Part shown: positions 50,436 to 63,602 of the stretch, in pieces
How the letters are laid out: each line of letters begins with the position of its first letter
Position numbering within the stretch: position 1 is the stretch's first letter
Assembly (NCBI GenBank): GCA_030390025.1
Contig: CM059432.1
Location: 105,836,001 to 105,900,000 of the forward strand
Source of the DNA: Squalus acanthias
Lineage: Eukaryota
Direction: 5' to 3'
DNA length: 64,000 nucleotides
Position numbers and translations under genes: made by a program
Notes under the pieces: generated by a model
Seen by the model: only the letters and a program-made list of their open reading frames with translations
The model's database searches: none
Told to the model about the DNA's origin: nothing

Positions 50436-51804
50436 CTTGTCTCTGGTAAGAGGGAATGAGATGAAGCTATTTCTGTTTGTATAGAGAACCTCAGTGACTT
50501 CCCTTATACAACAGTGTACTGAAAACTGCAAGATGTTGCTTATATCTTCAGCAGCAGTCTGGAAGGAGCTAGATGCATAAAAATTAAGAGCCACAGTTAC
50601 CTTGACAGCCGAGGCAATGCTGTCCTTGGCCGACTTTGAGGTTGCAGTTGCGGCTGCAGCATTTGGCAGATTTCAGTCACGACCTCTTTAGTGAAGTGAA
50701 GACATCTCAACCATTGGTCCTCGCTGAAGTTCAGGTAAGTGACTTGCTCCCTAAAGATCCTCGTTGGATATGGCCTCCTGCTGAGAGCCCTTCTCCCCAT
50801 CCTCCTCCTCCCTCTTCTAGCAGCTTGCTCTGCTCCACATGGCCTCTGTTCAGTCTCCCAGTCATGCTCAATTCCAAGAGGAAGGCTTACCAGGCCTCCC
50901 ATGTCTGGATACAATTTGTTTCAGCACAAGCTTTTAAATCAACAAAAAAATACTTCAGCACCAGCCAGATCACTCTCTGTAGACTGTTGAAACTTTAGGC
51001 AACTATAGGAAAGCTCCAAAAACGTGTGCAATTGCACCGGCTGCCAGAAGAAATAATCCAGCAACTAACCTGTAGGTAGTTCATGATCCCTTTCAATAGC
51101 ACTGGTGGGGTTGCGGGCGGGGGGGGGGGGGTCCTTCATGCCATTTAACATCATGTTCAGCTGTGCAAGGTGAAAAGAGGGCATAGGCTGGAGCGTGGCG
51201 TTTGAAAATGGCAGCACTGGCATCAAATCAGCTTTGCACACTGATTGACATCATAATCTGCCTGCTCTGCCTGCTGTCGGTGGTTGTTAAGTGCACAAAC
51301 CCTTTACCAAGATGGTGTCCGGCGCACTTCCCATCGGAAGTGTGCGTGTGCATCTCAGGTGCCATTATCGACCATTAGGAGACCGTGTAGTGGCTAAAAA
51401 ACGGGCGCTATAGAGCCCCATTTCTCACTCATAGTTCCCAAAGGTCTCCACCATTGGGGTTTTCCTTGTGTCATGTCTGGTTCTGATGTAAACTAATTGA
51501 GAGCGATTGATTGCTATGATTGATCAACAACTCTATTATCATTGTATCATGGTGGTCAAAGTCTTGCTTTTACTTCTATGCTTCTAATTCAGCAGAGCCA
51601 TGGGTGACATATAACAATTAGCTAGCATCATTGCATACAGTGGTCCAATGAGGCATTGTTTGTCAGGCCAATGATTTGATCACTTTTTAGGAACATCACA
51701 AGGAGAAGGCACTTCACCTTTTCAGAATGGCTGGCTTCTCAAAGGCGTAAGGCCTCATTGATGCAATTCATGTGGACACATGGGCTCATTCTAACAATGC
51801 CATT

Positions 51805-52570
51805 GGGGCGCAAAATGGGGATCAGCCACCCATCATATAGCCCACCTAATTTTCTTTTACATTGACTGGATTTTGGTTTGTACCTCGCCCTCCCCACTGC
51901 ACTATTGTGACCATGCTTCAGCTGTTACATCCCTACCTTTTGGAATTCTCTTCCAAAACCCACACTTCACTTTTGTAACTTTTCTCTTTCTATTTTCAAA
52001 ACCGCTTAAGAAACTATGGAGAAGTTCAACTCATGACCACCTGTTTTGCGCTTGAGAAACAGCCAGCCAGCAGTTGAAAATCGAGCCAAAGGCACCTTAG
52101 CCACCCTTTTGAGGCTCAAGGCCCTTCGATGCAATATTCAAGAGGGCTTGTTAAGGCGTAAGCAGCCCAGCTCCATAAAACAGGTTGTAGAATCACAATT
52201 GTAAAATGCAGATACAAATGGGTGCAGCATGTGCCGTGCATGCGCTGACTAATTGTACTAGAGTGAGAAGGCCAACAAAAAAATTCCAGGCCCACTGCCG
52301 GCCCGTTCAAGGTGCACCCCCAGGTTTGCCTCGCCCCTTCCAGACACAACCTGCTGGCCGATTTAGTATAGGAGTTGACTGATTTCCCGCCCTCCCACAA
52401 TCGATGAGCTGCAGCATGGCACTCGTTTGACGCCCACAGCTAACCAGCACTATTTAAATGAGGCCTGCACCTGAATTTATTTCAGGCCTCACACCGACAT
52501 GAATAAGCGGACGGAGCGGCTACTCCGCCGACTTTGCGTCCATTTTAGGCAGAAGTCGAATTTCTCGGTC
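51805..52570. mobile_element. Probable Harbinger-type MITE beside a tiny transposase remnant (AGFSKA*GLIDAIHV at about 51725-51778)
   Basis: ggggcgcaaaat / aatttctcggtc ends; CpG-rich subterminal regions. Confidence 0.4.
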
Positions 52571-53092
52571 TATCTCTTTAACCATGCCTTTGGCCTCTCC
52601 CTAAAGTCCTTACTATCCTGTTCATTGTCCATCTCTCCCTTTTTGTAAAGTGCTGTTGGATGTTCCGCTGCATGAGTGGCACTATATAAATTGATGTTGC
52701 TATAATTACTATCATCACCACACTCACAGCATAGGACAGAAAAAGAAACCATCCTTGGATATAGAAATATTGCCTTGGTATACAAATCAGTTTTGGGCTA
52801 GTTTACAACAAGCTGTGAAAGATAAGATATTCTCCCAGTCAGCGAAACAACAATGGGAAAATTGTCATTGGCTTAGCTTCAAAATCACTGATTTACATCA
52901 CACAAGGCACCAGGTTTTTGCTTAATAGACAGGTTGTGTGAAGCTCCTCTCCATGAATGAGGATGAATGGAGTTTGTTACTAGATTTTCCGAGACAGTTT
53001 TATGAACTACAATGTGAATGCCATTATGCTGTGAGATGAGTGGAGAAATTCACATACCTGCAATGTGGGATACTGCTATTATTTGCTAGGAA

Positions 53093-53930
53093 TAACAACA
53101 ACAACTTGCATTTATATAGCGCCTTTAACGTAGTAAAATGGCCAAGCTGCTTCACAGGAGCGTTATCAAACAAAATTTGACACCGAGCCACAGAAAGAAA
53201 TATTAGGACGGGTGACCAAAAGCTTGGTCAAAAAGGTATGTTTTAAGGAGGAGAAAGAGGTAGAGAGGCGGAGAGGTTTAGGAAGGGAAGTCCAGAGCTT
53301 AGGGCCTCAGCAGCTGAAGGCACGGCCGCCAATGGTGGAGCAATTAAATTTGAGGATGCACAAGAGGCCAGAATTAGAGGAGCGCAGAGATCTCAGAGGG
53401 CTGTAGGGCTGGAGAGGTTACAGAGATAGGCATGGCCGAGGCCATGGAGAGATTTGAAAACAAGGATGAGAATTTTTAAATCGAGGCGTTGCCGGACCGG
53501 AAGCCAATGTAAGTCAGTGAGTACGAGTGATGGGTGAACAGGACTTGGTGTGAGTTAGGATATGGGCAGCAGAGTTTTGGATGAGCTCAAGTTTATGGAG
53601 GGTACAAGGTGGGAGGCCAGATAGGAGAGCATTGGAATAGTTGAGTCTAGAGGTAACAAAGGCATGGATAAGGGTTTCAGCAGCGGATGAGTTGTGGCAA
53701 GGGCAGAGACGGCGATGTTACGGAGTTGGAAATAGGCGGTCTTGGTGATGGAGAGGATATGGGTTCAGAAGGTCAACTCATCGTCAAATTGGATGCCAAG
53801 ACTGCAAACGGTCTGGTTCAGCCTCAGACAGTGGCCAGGGAGAGCAATGGAGTCGGTGGCTAGGGAACGGAGTTTGATGTGGGGACCGAAGAGAATGGCT
53901 TCCCTCTTCCCAATATTTAATTGGAGGAAA
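53093..53930 (-). mobile_element. L2 3' fragment
   Basis: (caa)n cttgcatttatatag tail; reverse complement of the 29445-30245 family. Confidence 0.85.
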
Positions 53931-55944
53931 ATAATATAGTATTCCAATGTATTTCCATTATAAAAGATAAATAGAAAGGGATAATACAAAAATAGCTAGA
54001 AAGTGATATTAAACTGGTACAAAACCAGGTAAATTCCATAACAAAATGCGTTTTAAATTATGCGCTCTATTTTGAACACATTTTCATTGTACTTCAGTGT
54101 CAGGCATGTGACACAGGATGTAAAATATTTTACAAAAATCGAAGGACTGTGGTTGCCTCAGTTGATTTGAATATTGTTGTGCCCCTGAGAATTTTAGTCA
54201 ATTATGAGGAAAAATGAAAGGTTTGAAGGCTGTTGATAAAACTGATATAGTTCTGTATTAGATATTTAAATTTATAATAATTATCACAAGATTTATATTT
54301 GTAATTACATATCCTTATTTGGAATTGTGATTTGCACATCCTTATTTGGAATATATTTATACAATTTCATATATTTCTAATTTTAGTTTAGGTACAACTT
54401 GTTTATCTGTAATGGCTAACTAGCTGATCTCAGACAAAATTTTGGGGCACATCACCAGGGGGCAAGACTTCCGCCAGAATCGCAGATGGCCGTCTGAAGC
54501 AACCTAATTTTCTAGTCTCGGAGTCATTAAAACACCGAAGTGGGCTCCCTGGCAGAGGCCGGGAAGTCCCGCTAAGAAGAGGACAGAATTCTAACATGGC
54601 AGGCTTCCATGCTAGCTGCCAAACTGAATTTTTTTTTTAAAGAAATTTGCCTCCCCAGAAAAATGTTTTCTACCCCTTCCGCTGACCATTGAATGCCAAC
54701 CAGGCAGCTCTCACATCCAGCATTCAAACAGTGCAAATAACAGGAAACACAGCGACGGTTACCTAATCTGCATGGGGCCAAAGGGCACACATCCCATGAT
54801 GTGATCACGTGCCCCGTGCAGCTGGAAAATCCAGTATTTGCCCCTCATGGCTCATGGTGGGGGGTGGGGGGGGGGGGGGGGGAGAGGTTGCTGAGGCCCC
54901 TCTCCAAGTCCTTAGTGAGCATCCCCTCTATCACCTGTGTAAAATCCAGATTCATTTTCCAAAACTAAATTCCCAGTCTTCCCAGACCACTTTCCTGGTC
55001 TGGACAACCTCCAGGTGTGGCACATTTGTGCTCATCTGGAATCTGGTATGCCTTATCTCTCTCGACATACAAGCCTCTAGTCTTACTGAGCTGGGGAAGA
55101 GGGAATTCCTGGTGTAGGGAGTTCCCACTCCCTGCTCTATCCCCAGGGCTTCCGACGACAACACTGGCCCTCTAAGGTCCTGAATTTCCTTGGGAGTACT
55201 GCCAGACTGCCACTGTAGCTCCGGCAGGAGTGTAGTGAATGCACCAGAAAGCACCAAGGGTCCCATTGTACCAGTTCCCCACTAGTACTCGAATTTTCCA
55301 GTGATCTTGTAAGGGATAGAACCTATGCCCATCTCTGAAATCCCATCGTAACTTTGGCAGAAACCTTGCAGAAATAGCATAAACGGCCAACTACACTGTT
55401 TCTCCAGGGTTTTCATCAAAGTTACGATGGGAGATCAGGAATACCCCTAAGGAAATTATGGGGCATAAGATAAATATGGGTAAGACAGCCATTCAGCCCA
55501 TCTTAATTGTCTCCCCATTGTAGCATCCAATTGTGTCTTAAATTATTCCTAGGCTTTTGCCGCCACTACTCTAACTGGAAATCTATTCCACACATTTAAC
55601 ACGGTGTAAGATTCTACTTCTAAAATGTTGAGATCCATCATATTCAGTAAAATATATTCAGTGTCTATACAAATGTGATTAGCCAAAATAAGCCACATGT
55701 ATTTTTTTCTATTCTGGAATTATTTTCAAGAGAGTGTTTTTCAAACTTTTGTTCTTGTTTGCAGAAGATGAATAGCCGAGCAGCATATTCATCATGATCA
55801 AAACAGTCACTAAAGCACGAACAGGACCATAGTTGGTGTGAAAATTGAATGCCTGATAGTCAGTAAAATACCTCAATAACTTCAAACTTGTTGAGTTTGC
55901 ATCTACTTGTGATCTCTTCATGGTGTGGTTTGTTTCTCGAAAGT

Positions 55945-56240
55945 GTCCACTTGGCTCAGTGGTAGTACTCTTGCCTCTGAGTCAGAAGGTCAAGCCTCAC
56001 TCCAGAACATGAGCACATCATCCAGGCTGAGGCTTCAGTGCAGTACAGAAGGAGCGCTGCATTGTTGATGTTAAACTGAGGTTCTCTTTCTACATACTCA
56101 GGAGGATATAAAAAATTCCCTGGCACTATTCAAAGAAGAGCAGAGGAGTTCTCCTATCTCCACCAACATTTATCCCTCAGCAAACACCATAAAAAGAGAA
56201 TAACTGGTCATTTAACTCAATGCTGTTTGTGGGTGGAGTG
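55945..56240 (+). mobile_element. DeuSINE (SacSINE1-like)
   Basis: tggctcagtggtag head; ggcactattcaaagaagagcag...gagttctcc...aacatttatccctca Deu-domain-like core. Confidence 0.7.
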
Positions 56241-56337
56241 ATTATTTGCTCAGTGTTTTTGATCCGGTCACGCATGCGCAGTACCAAATGGTGTGGCGGC
56301 TGTGGCCTGTCCCGCCACGCTTTCCTCTGCTCCTTGC

Positions 56338-56462
56338 GGAGAAGGTCAGGGGATCGGGGTTGTGGGGAGAGGGAGGAGAATGAATCACAGGGGGGAGAAG
56401 GTCAGGGGATCGGGGTTGTGGGGAGAGGGAGGAGAATGAATCACAGGGGGGAGAAGGTCAGG
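56338..56462. repeat. G-rich tandem repeat of about 56-57 bp (2+ copies)
   Basis: gagaaggtcaggggatcggggttgtggggagagggaggagaatgaatcacaggggg occurs twice. Confidence 0.9.
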
Positions 56463-56915
56463 AACATGCGGTTGGGGGGAGAAGAAGGTCAAGAGCTTGG
56501 GGTGGGGAGTTCAGGAACTCAGGGAGAGAAGATCAGGAAATTGTTGGGGATGGGAGCACAGTGAGAACAGTGGGGAGGGGTGAAGAACACAATCCAGGTC
56601 TAAAGGAGGGGGGCAGGGATGAGAACATGAACGTGATCCAGATGGGAAGATAGATCACAGTTCTTCTCCCCTCTGTTAGGCCTGGATCATGTTCTTCCAC
56701 TCCCACCCTCTTTTACACTTGCACCACGTTCTCCCTCTCCTTCCCACCCCCCACCACCAGACCCCAGACTGCAGCGGTTCAAGAAGGCAGCTCACTACCA
56801 CCCTCTCAAGGGAAACTAGGGATGGGAAATAAATAAATAAGAACATAGAAACATAAGAATTAGGAGCAGGAGTAGGCCATATGGCCCTTCGAGCCTGCTC
56901 GGTTATTCAATAAGA

Positions 56916-58378
56916 TTATAGAAACATAGAAGATAGAAGCAGGAGTAGGCCATTCGGCCCCTCGAGCCTGCTCCGCCATTCAATGCAATCATGGCTGATC
57001 ATCCAAATTCAGTACCCTGTCCCTGCTTTCTCCCCATATCCCTTGATCCCTTTAGCCTTAAGAAATATATCTAACTCCTTCTTGAATATATTTAATGAAT
57101 TGGCCTCAACTGCCTTATGTGGTAGAGAATTCCACAGGTTCACCACTCTCTGGGTGAAGAAATTTCTCCTCATCTCAGTCCTAAATGGCTTACCCCTTAT
57201 CCTTAGACTGTGACCCCTGGTTCTGGACTCCCCTGCCATCGGGAACAGCCTTCCTGCATCTAGTCTGTCTAGTCCTGTTAGAATTTTATAAGTTTCAATG
57301 AGATCCCCTCTCATTCTTCTAAACTCTAGCGAATATAAGCCTAATCGACCCAATCTCTCTTCATACGTCATTCCTGCCATCCCAGGTATCAGTCTGGTGA
57401 ATCTTCGCTGCACTCCCTCCATGGCAAGAACATCCTTCCTCAGATAAGGCGACCAAAACTGCACACAATACTCAAGATGTGGTCTCACCAAGGCCCTGTA
57501 CAACTGCAGCAAGACATCCTTGCTCTTGTACTCGAATCCTCTCGCTATGAAGGCCAACATACCATTTGCCTTCTTAACCGCCTGCTGTACCTGCATGCTT
57601 ACCTTCAGCGACTGGTGCACAAGGACACCCAGGTCTCGTTGCACTTCCCCTTTTCCCAATCTATTGCCGTTCAGATAATAATCTGCCTTCCTGTTTTTGC
57701 CACCAAAGTGGATAACCTCGCATTTATCCACATTATACTGCATCTGCCATGCATCTGCCCAATCACCCAACCTGTCCAAATCATACTGGAGTTTCTCTGC
57801 ATCCTCCTCACAGCACACATGCCCACCCAGCTTTGTGTCGTCTGCAAACTTGAAGATATTACATCTAGTTCCCTCGTCTAGATCATTAATATATATTGTG
57901 AATAGCTGGGGTCCTAGCACCGATCCCTGCGGTACCCCACTAGTCACTGCCTGCCACTCGGAAAAAGACCCGTTTATTCCAACTCTTTGCTTCCTGTCTG
58001 CCAACCAGTTTTCTATCCAAGTCAGTACCTTACCCCCAATCCCATGTGCTTTAACTTTGCATGCTAATCTCTTTGGCGGGACATTATTGAAAGCCTTATG
58101 AAAGTCCAAATACACCACATCCACTGGTTCTCCCTTATCTATTCTACCAGTTACATCCTCAAAAAATTCCATTAGATTAGTCAGGCATGATTTACCTTTT
58201 GTAAATCCATGTTGACTTTGTCCGATCCTGCCACTGTTTTCCAAGTGCTCTGCTATTACATCTTTTATAATGGACTCTAGCATTTTCCCCACTACCGATG
58301 TCAGGCTTACCGGTCTATAATTCCCCATTTTCTCTCTACCACCTTTTTTAAATAGTGGGGTAACATTAGCTACCCTCC
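56916..58378 (-). mobile_element. Young 5'-truncated CR1 with an open RT frame
   Basis: ORF 57009-58418 (469 aa) is uninterrupted through the RT; own tail; closely similar to 45638-46142. Confidence 0.92.
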
Positions 58379-58677
58379 AATGGCTGATATTCAACCTCAA
58401 CTCCACTTTCCCGCCCAATCCTTATATCCCTTGATTCCCATAGAGTCCAAAACTCTACCTATCTCAGCCTTGAGTATACTCAATGACTCAACATCCACAA
58501 CCCTTTGGAGTAGAGAATTCGATTGATTCACAACCCTCTGAGTGAAGAAATTCCTCCTCATCTCAGTCTTAAATGGCCGACCCCTTATCATGAGACTATG
58601 CCCCCTAGTTCTAGACTCTCCAGCCAAGGGAAACAACCTCTCAGCATTTACTCTGTCAATCTGCCTCAGAATCTTAT

Positions 58678-59322
58678 GGGGAAAAATTGAGTTACTTTGT
58701 GCCTCCCGTTAGCTCCCCAGGGGGGTGCTAATGGGACGCAAAGCCCCTAGCACCTGGGCGCGGTGCCGCTAATGCCTCCCGCGAAATTCAGCAGCGGGTT
58801 AGCGGTAGCCGGTAGTGCCCCGTGGCGCTACACCTCCGGCGATGACATCATCGGCGTGCGCAGCGCCCCGCTTGCACCCCGGCCGCAAACAGCCCCGAGC
58901 TACCGCTAGACGATATGTCCGACAGGGTCAGGGTGGTGTTTTTGCAGTCGCAGCGGTGGTATTTAAAGGGCAGGTGCTGGGCGGCCTTTTTTTTTGGGCC
59001 ACCTGACAGCACCTGTCCCCTTGCGCTTCCTCATGCTGGGTGCCGGGCTGTTTTTCCGGAACACCGCTCCCCAGTGGTCCAGTAGGGCCCCGGTGCACGC
59101 TGTGCTAGGCCCCTCCCCCTTAATCAGGGGAGGGAAGCCTGTAATACAGCAGCGTTACGTGCCGACGCGTATGGCACTGTTGCCTGTAGCACTGCGATGT
59201 TGAATGGTAGTGCCCCAGGAAGGAGGGGGAGCGCTTCCAGTAGCGCCCCGCCTCCTGCTTGGGGCGCTACCACTCAATTTACGGCACAGGGGTGCTAAGT
59301 TACTGCCCCAAATTTTTCCCCC
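58678..59322. mobile_element. Harbinger-type MITE
   Basis: TIRs ggggaaaaatt / aatttttcccc; TSD tat. Confidence 0.85.
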
Positions 59323-59523
59323 TATATGTTTCAATGAGATCACCTGCATTCTTCTAAACTCCAGAGAGTATAAGCCCAATCTACTCAATCTCTCCTTATA
59401 GGACAACCCACTAAGCCCAGGAATCAATCTAGTGAACCTTTCTTGCGCCATCTCTAAGACATGTATGTCCTTTCTCCGATAAGGAGACCAAAACTGTGCA
59501 CAGTACTCCAGGTGTGGTCTCAC

Positions 59524-60825
59524 TAATAGTAAGATTGGGCAGAGTCAACATGGATTTATGAAAGGGAAATCCTATTGGAGTTCTTTGAGGATGTAACTAG
59601 TGGAGTAGACAAAGGGGATGTGGTGTATTTGGATTTTCAGAAGGCCTTCGATAAGGTCCCGCACAAGAGGTTGGTGAACAAAGTTAGGGCACATGGAATT
59701 GGGGGTAATATACTAGCATGGATTGAGAATTGGTTAACAGACAGACAGAAAACAAAGAGTAGGGATAAATGGGTCTTTTTCAGGATGGCAGGCTGTGACT
59801 AGTGGGGTACCACAAGGATCGGTGCTTGGGTCCCAGCTATTCACAATCTATATCAATGATTTGGATGAGGGGACTAAATGTAACATTTCCAAATTTGCTG
59901 ATGATACAAAGCTAGGTGTCAGTGTCAGTTGTGAAGAGGATGTGAAGAGGCTTCAAGGGGATCTCGACAGGCTCAGTGAGTGGGCGAGAACATGGCAGAT
60001 GGAATATAATGTGGATAAATGTGAAGTTATCCACTTTGGTAGAAAAAACAGAAAGGCAGAGTATTTCCTAAATGGTGAAAGATTGGGGGATGCAGATGCT
60101 CAAAGGGCCCTGGGTGTCCTTGTACATGAGTCACTGAAAGTGAATGTGCAAGTGCAGCAAGCCATTAGGAAGGCAAATGGTATGCTGGCCTTCATTACAA
60201 GAGGATTTAAGTACAGGAGTAAAGAAGTCTTACTCCAATTGTATAGGGCCTTGGTGAGACCACACCTGGAGTACTGTGTACAATTGTGGTCTCCTTACCT
60301 AAGAAAGGATATACTTGCCATAGAGGGAGTGCAACGAAGGTTCACGAGATTGATTCCTGGGATGGCGGGACTGTCGTATGAGAAGAGGTTGAGTAAACTA
60401 GGCCTGTATTCTCTTGAATTCAGAAGAATGAGAGGGGATCTCATTGAAGCATACAAAATTATTACAGGGCTTGATAGGGTGGATGCTGGGAGAATGTTTC
60501 GCTTGGCTGGGGAGTCTAGAACCAGGGGCCACAGCCTCAGGATAAAGGATAGGCAATTCAGGACTGAGATGAGAAGAAATTTCTTCACACAGAGGGTGGT
60601 GAATCTTTGGAATTCTCTACCCCAGAGGGCTGTGGAGGCTCACTCATTGAGTGTATTCAAAACCGAAGTCGATAGATTTCTGACTAGTAAGGGTATCAAG
60701 GGATATGGCGATAGGGCCGGTGAATGGAGTTGAGGCAGAAGATCAGCCATGATCTCATTGAATGGCGGAGCAGGCTCGAAGGGCCGAATGGCCTACTCCT
60801 GCTCCTATTTCTTATGTTCTTATGT
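59524..60825 (+). mobile_element. 5'-truncated CR1 inserted antisense in a CR1
   Basis: ORFs 59575-59802 and 59795-60733; tctcac flanks both ends; same subfamily as 654-1527. Confidence 0.92.
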
Positions 60826-62239
60826 TCTCACCAAAGCCCTGTACAATTGTAGCAGGACTTCCTTATTCTTGTACTCCAACCCCCTTGCAATAAAGGCCAA
60901 CATGCCATTTGACTTCCTAATTGCTTCCTGTACCTTCAGGCTAACTTTCTGTGTTTCTGTATGAGGATACCTAAATCTCTCTGAACACCAACATTTAATA
61001 GTTTCTCCCCATTTAAAAGATATTCAGTTTTTCTATTCTTCCTACCAAAGTGAATAACCTCACATTTCCTCACATTATACTCCATCTGCCACCTTATTAC
61101 CCATTCACTTAACCTGTCTATATCCCTTTGCAGGCTCTTTGTGTCCTCCTCACAGCTTACTTTCCCACCTAACTTTGCATCATCAGTAAACTTGGATACA
61201 TTGCACTCGGTCCCTTCATCTAAGTCATTAATAAAGATTGTAAATAGCTGAGGCCCAAGCACTGATCCTTGCAGCACCCCACTAGTTAAAGTCTGCCAAC
61301 AGGAAAATGACCCATTTATCCCTACTCTCTGTTTTCTGTCCATTAACCAATCCTCTATCCATGCTAATATATTACCCCCAATCCCATGAGCCCTTATCTT
61401 CCATAGCAACCTTTTATGTGGCACCTTTTGAATGCCTTTTGGAAATCCAAATATACTACATCCACTGGTTCCCCTTTATCTACCCTGCTAGTTACATCCT
61501 CAAAAAACTCTAATAAATTTGTTAAACACAATTTCCCTTTCATAAAACCATGTTGTCTCTGCCTAATCATATTATGATTTTCTAAGTGCCCTGTTACCAT
61601 TTCCTTAATAATGGATTCCAGCATTTTCCCAATGACTGATGTCAGGCTAACTGGCCTGTAGTTCCCTGTTTTCTCTCTCCCTCCTTTCTTGAATAGCAGT
61701 GTTACATTTGCTACCTTTCAATCTGCTGGGACTGTTCTAGAATCTAGGAAATTTTGGAAGATCACAACCAATGCATCCACTATCTCTTCAGCCACCTCTT
61801 TTAGACCCCTAGGATGTAAAACATTAGGTCCAGGGGATTTGTCGACTTTTAGTCCCATTAGTTTCTCAAGTACTTTTTCTCTACTGATATTAATTTATTT
61901 AAGTTCCTCACTCTTATTAGCCCCTTGGTTCCCCATTATTTTGGTATGCTTTTTGTGTCTTCTACTGTGAAGACAGATACAAAATATTTGTTTAAAGTCT
62001 CTGCCATTTCCTTATTCCCCATTATAATTTCACCTGTCTCAGCCTCTAAAGGACCAATGTTTACTTTTGCTACTCTCTTTCTTTTTACATACTTGTAGAA
62101 GCTCTTACAATCTGTTTTTATATTTCTTACTAGTTTATTCTCATACTCTATTTTCTCCCTTTTTATCAAATGAATTTTAAAATGAGAGCGTATTCAGTGT
62201 TGGTCCTACAACACACATAACATTACATTTATGTGTTAT

Positions 62240-62640
62240 TTGCTGGACTTGACTTATCAAATGTTCTCCTGGCCAGCCTCCCATCTTCCACCCTCAATGA
62301 ACTTGGGTTCATCGAAAACTCTGCTGCACGTATCCTAATACACAGCAAGTCCCATTCACCCATCACTCCTGTGCTTGTTGCGCTACATTGGCTCATGGTC
62401 CAGCAACAATGTTCCTGCTAAGCTGCGCGGCTGCACAGCTGTCTGGAGGTCCCGTGCAGGCCGCATACCGAATTTTGAATGGGAGATTTTGTGCATGCGC
62501 AAAATTTTGAATGGGCCACGCAGCCAGTTAAAGGGACTGCGCACCCAAAAAAAAATTAGGGGAACGTTGTCCACCAACACCTTAATTTTAAAATTCTCAT
62601 CCTCATGTTAAAATCCCTCCATGGCCTCACCCCTTCCAAA
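62240..62640 (+). mobile_element. L2 fragment
   Basis: LDLSNVLLASLP...ENSAARIL...PITPVLVALHWL. Confidence 0.7.
62407..62569. mobile_element. 163-bp hAT-type MITE
   Basis: TIRs caatgttcc / ggaacgttg; 8-bp TSD tccagcaa / tccaccaa. Confidence 0.8.
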
Positions 62641-62847
62641 CTGAACATGACAGTGTGAGTGCTCTGAATGCTCCTAACCCAGGAGGGTTAGCCCTAACTG
62701 TTGTCTAAAAGCAGTAGTGTTAGCATTGTGAGCTCTGGAGCCTGGCTGTCACAATGAATGGATCAAATTACACATTGAAAAGTTCTTAATTATTCCAGTA
62801 GGCAGGATCAAATCACATACTCCAGACAAACTGTTGGGTGTGTCTAG

Positions 62848-62945
62848 TCCTCCAAGGGAACAAATCAGAAATCTGGTCTTGTTCTCCAAGGGGATCAATC
62901 AGAAATCTGGTCTTCTTCTCCAAGGGGACCAATCAGAAATTTGGT
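62848..62945. repeat. 34-bp tandem repeat, about 3 copies
   Basis: ctccaaggg(a/g)..caatcagaaatctggtctt.tt units. Confidence 0.85.
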
Positions 62946-63602
62946 ATTGAAAATAGACATGACCATTTTTGGGGGCTTGCTGCATGTCAATTAGCTGCTG
63001 TGTTTACCTACATAAAAGCAGTAGCTACCCTTCAAAAGCAATTTATTGGCTGTGAAATACTTTGTGACATCCTCAGGATGTGAAAGACACTGTGATCTCG
63101 AAATTCAGGGTTTAGCGCCACCCGTTACCACCAAATTGAGGCAAAAATGGCGGCTGCCGCTCTTCCACTTGCTGCCAGCGGGTCCCATGGCAGCTGCCAT
63201 TTTCGGATGGCTAGCAGCGCTGCCAATGGCCCTGCTCGCTAGTGATATATAGATTATGCAGATCATGACGTCAGTGAGTGTGCAACGCTCACTCGACCCC
63301 CGATCTGCAAGTTTCAACTTCGCAGCTCCACTTATCGCCATGCCTTAAGTCCGATGAGCTGAGCAAGCATTGACAAGCAGGAAGGAGTCTCCTGCAGTGG
63401 TATTTAAAGGGATCATCAGCAACAACCTGCATCTGACATGTTTCTTCAGTTTGACTGGCTCTGTGCAACTCCAGCAACTTTATTAACTTCTTTCAAGGTT
63501 CTCAGGTGACATGCCTTCATTCTTATTTAAAGGCTTCTGCTCACAACACTTGCTCACAGTGTTGGGGCTCTACTGACAGTCCTCCTCGTGCTCGAGTATC
63601 TT

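Larger units (their letters stand above)
48330..50905 (-). pseudogene. Harbinger (HARBI1-like) DDE transposase, interrupted by MITEs
   Basis: N-terminal RRPYP...FRE...ALNFYASSSFQ at 50436-50905; C-terminal GFPMVQGAIDCTH, YPGSSHDSFIL, IIEHTIGILKQRFRCL at 48423-48949. Confidence 0.85.
40773..51430. mobile_element. Two-gene PIF/Harbinger transposon (convergent Myb/SANT and transposase) expanded by nested inserts
   Basis: Imperfect TIRs gggggagaaatt / atttctcactc; Myb gene on +, transposase on -; contains a full-length CR1 and two MITEs. Confidence 0.8.
56842..62170 (-). mobile_element. CR1 LINE host carrying three inserts
   Basis: Tail at 56842; segments 58379-58677, 59323-59523 and 60826-62170 are colinear CR1 ORF2. 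Confidence 0.85.
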
